Source: Azolla caroliniana
Taxonomy: Eukaryota; Plantae; Polypodiophyta
Assembly: GCA_043228905.1 (NCBI GenBank)
Contig: JBHGNT010001299.1
Coordinates: 1-10,122 of the forward strand
Direction of reading: 5' to 3'
Length of the DNA stretch: 10,122 bases
Below, piece after piece: positions 1 through 8,857 of the stretch (its first letter is position 1; the number at the start of each line of letters is the position of its first letter). The notes below the pieces were generated by a model. It made no database searches. It worked only from the letters and a program-made list of their open reading frames with translations, and was not told where the DNA came from. The position numbers and the translations under genes were made by a program.

Positions 1-1330
1 CAACAATGTCATGACACACCAATGGTTGGACATTTCGGCATCCACAAGACTTTGGCGTTAATTTCTTGAAGGTATTGGTGGCCACAACTTCGCCATTTTG
101 TTACGGATTATGTTCGTAGTTGTGATACATGTTGCTGATCCAAAAAACCTTGACATCATCCATATGGCTTATTACAACCAATGCCTATTCCTGAGAGTCC
201 ATGGAAATCTATTTCATTGGACTTCATTACGGATCTACCACCTTCCAAGGGTTTTGATTCTATTCTCACAGTAGTAGATTGTTTTACCAAGATGGCACAT
301 TTTCTTCCCTACACAAACTTGGCCATTATAATCCAAGAGACAGCCGAGTTACTCATGCAAGAGGTGTTTCGGCATCATGGTCTTCCCGATGATATTATTA
401 GTGATCGGGGTCCCCAGTTCATCTCAAAATTTTGGCGTCACATGTTCAAACTCTTACATACTTCTTGCAAACTCTCTTCCGGCTACCATCCAGAAACTAA
501 CGGGCAGAGTGAGCGCACCAACCAAACAGTAGAACAATATCTTCGTTGTTTTGTCAACTATTAACAAGATGATTGGGTTGATCTATTACATTTTGGCGGA
601 ATTTGCTTACAACAACTCAGAACATTCTTCTACTGGATATTCCCCATTTTTTGCAAACATTGGGTACCATCCTCGTTGGACTGTGCTTGAACATCCCGAA
701 CTCCCGACAAACCTGGCTGCTGAAGATCGGCTCACCCGACTCCAAGAAGTTCAAGATATCCTTTTGCACCATTTATGTGATGCTCAAAACACTCAAAAGA
801 AGGTTGTTGACCGTCATCGACGTGATTCATCGACTACGTTTCAAGTGGGAGATCGAGTATGGCTTTTACAAGGTCGCATTAAAACAACCCGACCTTGCTA
901 CAAATTGGATTATCAACGTTTTGGCCCATATGTGATATTTGGTAAGATCAATGATGTGGCATTTCACCTTGATCTTCCCCCTCATATGCATCTTCACCCA
1001 GTATTCCATGTTTCACTTTTGGAGCCGTACACAACCAGCTCTATTCTAGGTTGTCTTACATCTCCCCCACCTCTAATCAAAGTTTCGGATGGCTCCGAAT
1101 ATGAAGTTGTTGCCATTCTCGACTCCAAGATCGTTCGCAACAAACTGTATTATTTGGTTGACTGGTGAGGTTATACACCTAATGATCGAACATGGGAACC
1201 TCTCGAGAATCTTGCTAATGCATCCGAAATGGTTGGTACGTTTCACAACAAATATCCGCATAAGCCAAGTACGAAATCTTGTCTTCCGACTCGTGGAACT
1301 CGTCATCGAAAAGGGGGGATAATGTCATGA
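1..1330 (+). pseudogene. Disrupted pol 3' end: integrase (HHCC zinc finger, DDE core, GPY/F) plus chromodomain
   Basis: Frame 1 reads CHDTPMVGHFGIHKT...YWWP...CDTC...PWKSISLDFITDLP...SDRGPQF...YHPETNGQSERTNQ. Stops are at 67, 136, 151 and 562. A +1 frameshift at ~591-595 moves into frame 2: AEFAYNN...KLDYQRFGPY...HPVFHVSLL...[38 protein letters not shown], with a stop at 1166. The frame continues through the PPT to TGA at 1328-1330. Confidence 0.95.
1308..1322 (+). other. Polypurine tract (PPT) of the Gypsy element
   Basis: GAAAAGGGGGGATAA lies immediately before the TG that starts the LTR at 1323. Confidence 0.9.
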
Positions 1331-1342
1331 AGACATACATTT

Positions 1343-1415
1343 TGGCCTTACGAGGATTCGAGCCCACGACGTCTTAATCTATATGTTAAACCTTTAACCA
1401 TTATAATAACATATA
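1343..1415 (-). other. Degenerate tRNA-like / Pol III A-box and B-box cassette inside the LTR U3 (not a functional tRNA)
   Basis: Minus strand has A-box-like TATTATAATGG (1408-1398), a 5-bp stem TTTAA/TTAAG, variable-loop-like ACGTC, B-box-like GGCTCGAATCC (1364-1354) and a 3' end TAAGGCCA. Spacing fits a 73-nt tRNA, but the acceptor and D stems do not pair. Confidence 0.5.
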
Positions 1416-1463
1416 TGATGTATAGTTATAATAAATATATTATTAGTTATTACAAGATATTTA

Positions 1464-1538
1464 GAGTATTCTAGAATTCTAGGATATTCCATGATTATAT
1501 TAAATATCATAAATATTCTAGAACATTCTAGAATACTC
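1464..1538. repeat. Imperfect inverted repeat in LTR U3
   Basis: GAGTATTCTAGAAT (1464-1477) is the exact reverse complement of ATTCTAGAATACTC (1525-1538). Pairing extends inward via TCTAGGATATT/AATATTCTAGA and ATGAT/ATCAT. Confidence 0.85.
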
Positions 1539-1556
1539 CATAAGGACCTATAAATA
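1516..1556 (+). promoter_or_regulatory. LTR promoter: perfect 4-unit heat-shock element plus TATA box
   Basis: TTCtaGAAcaTTCtaGAA at 1516-1533 matches the alternating nTTCn/nGAAn HSE consensus. TATAAATA is at 1549-1556. Confidence 0.6.
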
Positions 1557-1664
1557 GGTGTTTATTCATTCATCACAACTCATTCAATTCAACACCAGTG
1601 TTTAGCCCTTAGCCTACTCTTTGTAACCTTGTTTCCTAATAATATAATCTCATTTCCATTTCTT

Positions 1665-1667
<3 letters not shown>

Positions 1668-1707
<40 letters not shown>
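1668..1707 (+). repeat. (CT)20 microsatellite in LTR U5
   Basis: Uninterrupted CT dinucleotide run of 40 bp. Confidence 0.97.
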
Positions 1708-1711
<4 letters not shown>

Positions 1712-1770
1712 CTCACGAGTCTCGACATGAGCAGGTCTTCCTACTCACGAGTATCGACATGAGCAGGTAT
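1707..1770 (+). repeat. 32-bp tandem duplication spanning the Gypsy-LTR/Copia-gag junction
   Basis: 1707-1738 TCCTACTCACGAGTCTCGACATGAGCAGGTCT versus 1739-1770 TCCTACTCACGAGTATCGACATGAGCAGGTAT; 30/32 identical, followed by TCC. Confidence 0.95.
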
Positions 1771-1850
1771 TCCATCTTTATCTTCCAGTCTTGATAGTTC
1801 TTAGAGTTTAGAACTATCATGCTTGGGAAGCCGTTCACACCTCCTTCCAT
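1760..1850 (-). pseudogene. Copia A gag N-terminus (interrupted)
   Basis: MEGGVNGFPSMIVLNSKNYQDWKIKMEYLL matches the Copia gag N-terminal LNxxNYxxWKxKMEDLL motif. The other duplicated copy (1728-1741) retains the codons for EDLL. Confidence 0.85.
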
Positions 1851-1860
1851 CTTCAACCTT

Positions 1861-1872
1861 GCTCTGATACCA
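1861..1872 (-). other. Primer binding site (tRNA-iMet) of Copia A
   Basis: TGGTATCAGAGC on -, the canonical plant initiator-Met PBS. Confidence 0.93.
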
Positions 1873-1874
1873 AT

Positions 1875-2428
1875 TTTTTTGTGAATTGAATCATCGATCC
1901 ACAAAAAAAAAAAGATGTTAAGATACACAGATCTTGCGGAAATAAAAAAAATAGCACTACAAACAAAATACACACTGCACAACGTTTTTACGTGGAAACC
2001 CTAAACGGGGAAAAACCACGAGAACAGAGATTCCACTATACACAAGAGAATACAAGATGAGATTAGAATACAACACTCTCCAACCATAGTGTATTAGCCA
2101 CACATGGCTCTCTCTATCTCTCACTCACACACTCTCTCCTCTCTGTCGCTTACACCAACATAGGATCACACACAATTCTATCCTGCTATACTCTATTTCT
2201 ACGTTTTCCCTAAGTGTATTTATACTTATACACTGTATGAACCATTTACAAATGTAGCCACTACTACTGTCATTCCTATTACAGCGGTGATAGATATTCA
2301 GCCGACATGTCGACTAGTCGACTTCAGCATCGACTGTCTAGTCGGCCCTACTAGTTCCTCATGTCTTCGACTGTCGATACTCGGCCCCACCAGTCGGCTA
2401 CTTCCATAGGAGGGACATATTCCTAACA
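1875..2428 (-). repeat. LTR of Copia A (~550 bp; PBS-proximal end fuzzy)
   Basis: Begins TGTTAGG on -, with TATAAATA at 2224-2217 and a CGTGG...CCACG stem motif at 1991-2020. The terminal CA expected 1-3 nt from the PBS is obscured by a T7 run (1874-1880). Confidence 0.75.
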
Positions 2429-2443
2429 GTTCTACCCTCAACA

Positions 2444-4119
2444 GTCGGATCCCTCTTTTGGACAAGTACTTCTCGAAGGCTGTAGAGGTTTATTCACCCC
2501 TGTTGGCCGACTGGAAGATTTTTACTTTGTGGCCATATCGGTTTTTGACTTCAGTTATCCACCAAGCGAATGGTTCGAGTGCTTCATCTTTGGACTTAAG
2601 CGAATAAGCTCCATCATCCACGAATGTGATGAAGTAACGTGCACCTCCTAGAGATCTCTCAGGCGGTGGCTCGTAGAAGCCGTTGTGTATCAGCCCTAAG
2701 GGTTTTGGTACCGTCTCGTAGTGTGTAGAGTGTGGACTTCAGGTATGCTTAACATACATGCAATGCTCATAGAAGTCGAATTCCAAATGTTGAAGCTTCG
2801 GAATGTAGCCGAGTGGCGTAGCCTTTCAAGCCCTATTTGTGACATGTGGCTGAGTCGGCCATGCCACAATGAAGATGTCGGCATTTCGGCTACCTTTAGT
2901 GATCTCTCCCAACTGTACATTATAAGAGGGTACAAGTTATTGTACTTCACGCCATGGCCAATGTGCAGATTTCCTTGAAATTCACCATCACGACTCACTC
3001 AGTGTAGTCTTATACTCCTCTTCGGCCAGCATGTCCATGGAGATTAAACAGTTCCTCTTTAGATTGGGTATGTGTCATACTTGGTGCAGGGTCATGATAT
3101 TTCATCCAACGATTTGGCACTCCTGTGCATTGCCAAGTCGGACCATGCTAGTATTGGTCGAATAGTCCGAAAACCATTCTTTATAGGGGATTACATGAAA
3201 GGTGGCGCCCAAATCCAACATCCATGTTAGTGCATCTTGTGCAGTATACAGGATCTCATTGGTCGATGTGCCTTATAAAGAGAGGACCCCTCCCAACGGT
3301 GATCCAGCAACATGAATTTGGTTGCAGGTTGAAGGCTAGTTCGAGTCGAAAGAGCCTCCATTCCGATCAAATTTTCATCCTTTTCCCATCTTGTTCAACG
3401 ACCAACAGTCGGAAACGTGGTGGTCAGCCTTTCTACATTGTGTGCAATAGGTGGTTGTCACTTGTCCTTGTTGACCTGCTTTGATCACTGCCAATCCTCT
3501 GAGTCATTCCCCCAAAGACGTGAGCTTTGGCACTGTCATGGATGGTGAGTCTCATCGACTTTCTTCGAAGCTCTTTGAACAGGACCGCCCCGATCGCTTC
3601 GTCCAGCGTCAACTTCGTCGAGTTGCTAGTCACGGTGGTGCATAACAGTTCCCAACTCGTCGGGAGGCTTGAAAGGAGTGCAAGCGGCTTGATTTCTTCT
3701 TCGAAGTTCAGGCCTTGCGAGGGAGGTCGAACAACACCCGACTAAAGATGTTGATATGGGAGGTTGTCGGCTCTGACTCCCTCATCTTCATATTGAATAG
3801 CTACTGAAGCAAGATGAGTTTGGAAGAGCTAGACTTCTTTTTGTATATCGATTGAAGCTTCTCCATAGGGCGAATGCAGACGACTTTTTAGCCATGTTGA
3901 AGTAGATGTTTTCTGTTAGATGCATTCGGATTGTCGATCTCGTGACTCGTCAAGCAACCGTCATTCCTCTGTTGTCATCGTTGACGGTCGGCTATTATGT
4001 TGATAAGCTTTGATCTGGCATCTAATGATCAGCACATCCTGCATCATCTCCTTCCATAAGGCAAAGTTTTTGTTGTCGAACATTCTGATCTCACAACCTA
4101 TGTTGGATGTTGAGGCCAT
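2444..4119 (-). pseudogene. Copia B gag-pol pseudogene (gag, CCHC zinc knuckle, aspartic protease, GAG-pre-integrase, truncated integrase core)
   Basis: From ATG 4119: MASTSNIGCEIRMFDNKNFALWKEMMQDVL...ALWEKLQSIY...LLSSLPTSWE. Knuckle CTQCRKADHHVSDC at 3446-3405. Protease WMLDLGATFHV at 3224-3192. Then LWHGRLSHMS and SLGGARYFITFVDD...LKSKDEA...KVKIFQSANRGE*...GIR. Multiple stops and frameshifts. Confidence 0.92.
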
Positions 4120-4206
4120 TGTTCTTCTGGAGATCTTTGTTTGGCCTGATCCATTCCTTCAGTATTCTACCTCTTCTTATATCGACACTACCTGGTTCCA
4201 ATATCT

Positions 4207-4217
4207 CTCTGATACCA
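4207..4217 (-). other. Primer binding site (tRNA-iMet) of Copia B
   Basis: TGGTATCAGAG on -, 2 nt from the LTR-terminal CA (plus-strand TG at 4220-4221). Confidence 0.9.
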
Positions 4218-4219
4218 CT

Positions 4220-5421
4220 TGATAGCACTTATAGTGCCTCATCGACTGTGGTGTGTAGTCGGTTAGTCGACTATGGTCAACTATTGCTGGAAGCAAGTGT
4301 GGCTCTTGTTGTTGTGAAGCAAGCATGAAGTGTTGTGTTCACTGTTCTGTTTCAAGATATACACAAAGAGAAAGATGGTTACACATATGTTAGCAAAAGA
4401 GAAGATTTGTATTAACATTCGACATCTCCTTGTACAAAGAGGAGTACCTCTTATTTATACTTGAGTGGGCTTAGCCCTAACTCAGAAGGAGATTTCACCT
4501 TATAAGTACAACGCTCGAAAGTAGGACTTTTAGCCCACCATGGACAAGGTAACATTGTTGGGGCAATAAACTAGTAAAACTATGAGATACACAAGGAGAA
4601 GAGGAGGTAAGAATATCTAGTCACTAACGAGTGAAACATCGCTTACGCATCCTTTACAATCATTCTAGTCACATTGTAGGTAAGATATTCATTTCGGTAA
4701 AGTGCCAAGAAAGGAGAAGTTAACAACAAAAGGTTGAAGTACATGTGGCAAAACTCAAAACATCAACTAGGGAGGGGCCAATAATAGATGAAGTAGTTGA
4801 CAAGTGTCATCATTAACACATTAGGCCCAAACCATGAAGGATGAAGTGAAGAAGAGTGGGGATGTATGATAATGATCGATTGAATTCCGATAGTTCAAGG
4901 AATGTTTCACAAGATAAAGCTAACAAATTAGAGCCCAATGGAACAAAATGTGACAAAGAATGAGGACATGGAATGTGGGGGAGAAGTCCTCATACAAGAT
5001 TGAGACGAAGAGAAGAGCGGACTAGACATAAACCTAACATGTGCATCCTGTTCACATGAGACTATTGCCCATATGGCAGCACTAGTCGGCCAAAACACTA
5101 TGTTGATAGGCCAAATGAAGAAGAGAGAAGATGAATGGATGAGTTTAGGGCCCAATAAAGAAGTGAATGAAGCAAGGAATCTCGGGAATAAATAGTTTTA
5201 GGCTCGACAAGCATCAATAAAATTGCAAACCAAAGCTCACAATGCTTTCAAGTAGGATGATGAATGTGAATGGAAGTGAAATAAAACCCTCCAACACCAA
5301 GACAGTAGATGATTAGGGATGAACCAAACTCAAATCACATGGCGAAGCCTGCAATGAGTCTTACCATTGATTCATAAACGAGTCGGCAGGTGGCTCGTGA
5401 AGGCAAAAAGGCCAAAGATCA
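4220..5421 (-). repeat. Putative 5' LTR of Copia B (~1.2 kb)
   Basis: The PBS-proximal end is firm (TG at 4220) and minus-strand TATAAATA is at 4459-4452. The distal end is inferred from a TGAT/ATCA terminal inverted repeat (ATCA 5418-5421) coinciding with an abrupt switch to very AT-rich sequence. Confidence 0.55.
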
Positions 5422-5788
5422 CAAATAAATTAATAGTTTTTTGTCACTAATAGTTTAATTATTCATTTTCTATGATTGACAATTTGATTAACTTTCGAAA
5501 TTTTGGTTGGTTTGAATGTCTAGCCTTTTGTAAATTTAGTGAGGTGGCTAAATCTTCTTTTTGTTTTCTTTGTGCCTAATACTCATATAACATAAGACGT
5601 CTATAACACTCAGAACCTTGGGGACCACTTCCCCTTTTCCAGAAATTCTTGTGCTTTTCATGTCAAGCCTACATTGTAGCTCTCAAATTATATTTTTTTA
5701 ATATTGAATTTTGAATGACTAACCTAGGGTTGGCAAACACAAGTCCCTTTCACAAAACAAAAGTGTCAAATATTGCTTTTTTCACCAG

Positions 5789-5969
5789 GTAAGTTTGTTG
5801 CTTTTCAATATATTTTTTCTTTTTATTCTATTTATTTTTGTTTTTCTATTTAACTAGATATTAATTTATATTGTAAGTTTTTCTTGACTTAAGAGTCTTT
5901 TAATTTTGTTCTGTACTAGGCTTCCATATTATTCAAATAGGATAACAAGATTATCATGTGCATATGCAG
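5789..5969 (+). other. Orphan GT-AG intron-like segment (181 nt)
   Basis: Consensus donor CAG|GTAAGT at 5789, very T-rich interior, consensus acceptor TGCAG|GT at 5969. Flanks have no recognisable ORF. Confidence 0.4.
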
Positions 5970-8857
5970 GTTGAAGTGTGCACAAAAACACATCTTCCTA
6001 CAAATGAATAAAAGGGGAATTGTTTCTTAAATTGAAAATCACATGGACACAAGGGCATCCTTCCCCTTCTAAGAAGTGTTCACTCCATACCTAAGAGTCA
6101 ACACAGGTAAACAACTCGCTCCACTTTTGGGCGTCATTGTGGCAAAGCTTCAAGTAAATCAAAAAGTCACTAACAAGCACCATTGTTATCCCAATTTCAG
6201 AGAAGAATATCTAGAGAAGGTAGTTCAAATTAGAATGGCAAGAAGTAGAATAGTAACATGACAATTACCTACATGTTTATAACAACTATGTTTATCATTT
6301 ACTAGAGTTACATGCCGTCATATGTTTCATACTTAATTCTAATGCTACCAATAATCATATGGAATTTAATTATTTTTGGTCGAGTTTATTTATGTTTGGT
6401 GATAGTTTGTTGATGTTAACGATGTCGTTGATGTATAATTTGAGTATGGATTTCAATTAAGGGTCAATACTTAGTGGATTGGGGCCAATGTTTAATATTA
6501 TAAATTTGCAGTAATAGTTTGCAATGATAGTGGTGTTTATGTTAATGTATGGTAATTATTATGAGTTTATGTTAATGGTATCTTCCATGGATTCCAATAC
6601 GAACCTTTATGTGAAAGACCCTTAAAACGATGGACATGGAATGCTCATTGGTGTGTAAAGATTCTCCCATTTAAATTGTACAATTAGAGAATTCAATGTT
6701 GCATATAAAGTGTGAGGGTATAAATGATTGTGGTTATGTAATGGTTGGGTAAAGGACCTGGCATTAAATATATATGATTAGGAAATTCATTGTTGTGTGG
6801 TAGATATTTGTATGTGCCATGGATGGGTCACAAAGAGCGAAAATAAGCCAAATTGTTAAAAGCTCACTAACGTACATAAGTGTTTGCATCTTGAGTTAGT
6901 GAAGCTCACCTACCACTTTTTCGCCAAATCAATATGCCCTTGTCGTACCACATAATGTTGATACGCAATGACACTTGTGGAATCTCAGACTTCACATAAT
7001 TATTCTAGGGTTTGTAAATTGTACCTTTCACCTTGTTCTTCGACCTTACTTGATTTGATTGATCATTTTTTTTGCCTATGAGAATTACACCCTTAGAGTC
7101 CTTATGCTAGTATGCAATGACTTGCATCAAAGTTCTAACATTTATACTTTCTAATTGTCATGGACCTCTTTCTCATAGAGTTCTTAAAAGATTTGTTATA
7201 TTCCTTCTAGTGTTAATAGTGAAGTAATTAATATGTTTCAATTGTTGCATTGATTTGCAATCACAATCCTCACTTATTCCAATTAGTGGTGCATGTAACA
7301 AATTCTATCTTCTATTAACTTCTCTCTCTTTTTGTCCTCACTTGTACTAATCTGTAAGCTGACACGTAAAGTTTTGTGTGAACTTGTTGAAAATGACTAA
7401 AATAACATAGTGTCTTTTAAGATATCGTATGCCTCTTTTCTCTTCATATTGGTGATGTTTCAAAAACACAAAACATATGAAAATTATCACATATCTTCAA
7501 ACTATTACAATGGAAACTTTTGCAACGCCATTCTTGTCTAAATGGAGTAAGGTTCAATGTTGAGAGCACTATGCATTCATGTTTGTTGGAAAATCATAAA
7601 TCATATTGTTCTTCAACTTACTCCTCTTATGATACCAAGTTGTGTGTGATTGCGATTGCCAAGGTATTTAAATGATTGATACAATATCCTTGTACTAGTA
7701 TGCCATATTAGCATGTTAGAAGAGTGAATTGGTATGAAGCTTAAATATAATGCCCACGCAATTTAGCTTGACCCGTGATCTTCTTACAAAGTGTTTTATT
7801 GACCATCTAATTATAATATCATTGCCTCTAAATTGGAATTCAATAGACCATGCAAAAATCAGATCATAATCTAAAATTCAAAAAATAGATCAACCATCTT
7901 CTTAAATAAGAATTTACCAATTATCTTTATCATGTAGACCATGAGTTCCATGATGAAAAAATAAGGTAAGAAACTTATGTGTCTAGGGTCTATATCTAAC
8001 TAGAGATATCATTTGTGGTTTTAATATGATGACAGTCAATATATAACTCTTTAATTTACACAAAAGGGTTGCAATTTCTAAGGGTAAGACAAAATAGTCT
8101 ATTGTCATGCGTTATTTCATGCATTCATGAGACCTTGTTGGGTCCTATGACACATGAAATTGTTTCCAATTAGTCAAAAGAATTCACATGAATTATGGGT
8201 AGCATTTTCATAAGAAAAATTTCACCGCGTTCGTTATCATCAAGCATCACAAACTGTCACATCATTAATGAGATGTCAAACAAGTATTTCTTGAAAACCC
8301 AACGTAATATTTCTTCTCAATTACATAAATCCCCAAATGAATATTAAGCCTTCACCCACTTCCAACCAAAAGTAACGCATTCATTTCATCTATGGTTGGC
8401 AGGAACCTAAAGTTGAAGTTATTGGGGAGGTTTATATCGCACACAATGATGGATGGACCATATCATCAATGTATAACAAAAGCAAGATAACTAAATATTG
8501 AGAAGGAGAGTGGGAGATTGTAGAGGAGCGTTATTTTGGTAACTTTTAGACCAAATGAAATCCCATTAACTTCTTGAGCCACTTCGAAGTAGAAGGAATG
8601 TTCAATCACCTTAATAAAGAATAGTATGAAACCTCTCTTTATCTTTTAATAATCTTGCTTGCATGTTGCTCAAGTTCCCTCTTATTATAGAGCCTATAAT
8701 GTTATTCCTATCGAGAGTAAATTGCATAGGCACAAAAATGTTGGTGTGGCGAGGGGCGGATAGGAACCAACCAAACGACGAAAAAGGGAGCAAGAAATTG
8801 ATTTTTGTGTCTGAATTAGATTTGAACTCAAGGTGTTCTTGTTGTAGGGAATGTGAT

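Larger units (their letters stand above)
1..1727 (+). mobile_element. Ty3/Gypsy chromovirus LTR retrotransposon (Tcn1-like), 3' part; runs off the left edge
   Basis: Integrase with C-terminal GPY/F motif and chromodomain, then PPT (1308-1322), then an LTR bounded by TGTC (1323) and GACA (1727). The lineage call is inferred from motif style. Confidence 0.95.
1323..1727 (+). repeat. 3' LTR of the Gypsy element (405 bp)
   Basis: Starts TGTCATGA right after the PPT and ends TCTCGACA (TGTC/GACA terminal inverted repeat). Contains TATAAATA at 1549-1556. Copia gag sequence begins immediately after 1727. Confidence 0.85.
1728..2428 (-). mobile_element. Ty1/Copia element A (Tork/Tto1-like gag), 5' end: LTR, PBS and gag start, interrupted by the Gypsy element
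   Basis: On - the order is LTR start TGTTAGGAATATGTCCC (2428), TATA (2224-2217), PBS TGGTATCAGAGC (1872-1861), then ATG at 1850. Confidence 0.85.
2444..5421 (-). mobile_element. Ty1/Copia element B (Tnt1/Tork-like), 5' half: LTR, PBS, gag, PR and partial INT; no RT/RNase H in the window
   Basis: Gag-PR-INT domain order is diagnostic of Copia. PBS is at 4207-4217. Its LTR shows no similarity by eye to LTR A. The far boundary is tentative. Confidence 0.85.

Noticed and set aside
603-1322. ORFs 603-935, 1073-1306 (-) and 1089-1322
   Set aside because: Alternative-frame or antisense shadows of the integrase/chromodomain frame, with no motifs.
1707-1770. CRISPR-like 32-bp repeats
   Set aside because: Two directly adjacent copies with no spacer, in a eukaryotic context, explained as a junction duplication.
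1713-1982. 89-aa minus-strand ORF as a gene
   Set aside because: A chimera of Copia LTR/PBS sequence, 30 codons of gag and duplicated Gypsy LTR end; only 1760-1850 is protein-like.
2721-4328. Plus-strand ORFs 2721-2978, 3224-3484, 3527-3745, 4010-4222 and 4107-4328
   Set aside because: Antisense shadows of Copia B gag-pol and its leader.
4770-5300. Several RGCCCA site-II-like motifs and ORF 4928-5155 within LTR B
   Set aside because: Short motifs common in LTRs; the ORF is low-complexity with no domain.
1875-5421. LTR A and LTR B as the paired LTRs of one element
   Set aside because: No alignable similarity by eye, different lengths and termini, and each has its own PBS and a distinct gag.
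6560-8280. Possible decayed Cys-rich or KDZ/Zisupton-like transposase (fragments such as ICMCHGW, ICPC, FHAF..PC)
   Set aside because: The fragments are in different frames amid frequent stops and motif spacing does not fit well. It cannot be supported without a frameshift-aware HMM search.
8376-8624. Protein-looking frame RIHFIYGWQEPKVEVIGEVYIAHNDGW... with an HxD motif
   Set aside because: Three internal stops in ~82 codons is close to chance for AT-rich DNA, and no family is recognised.
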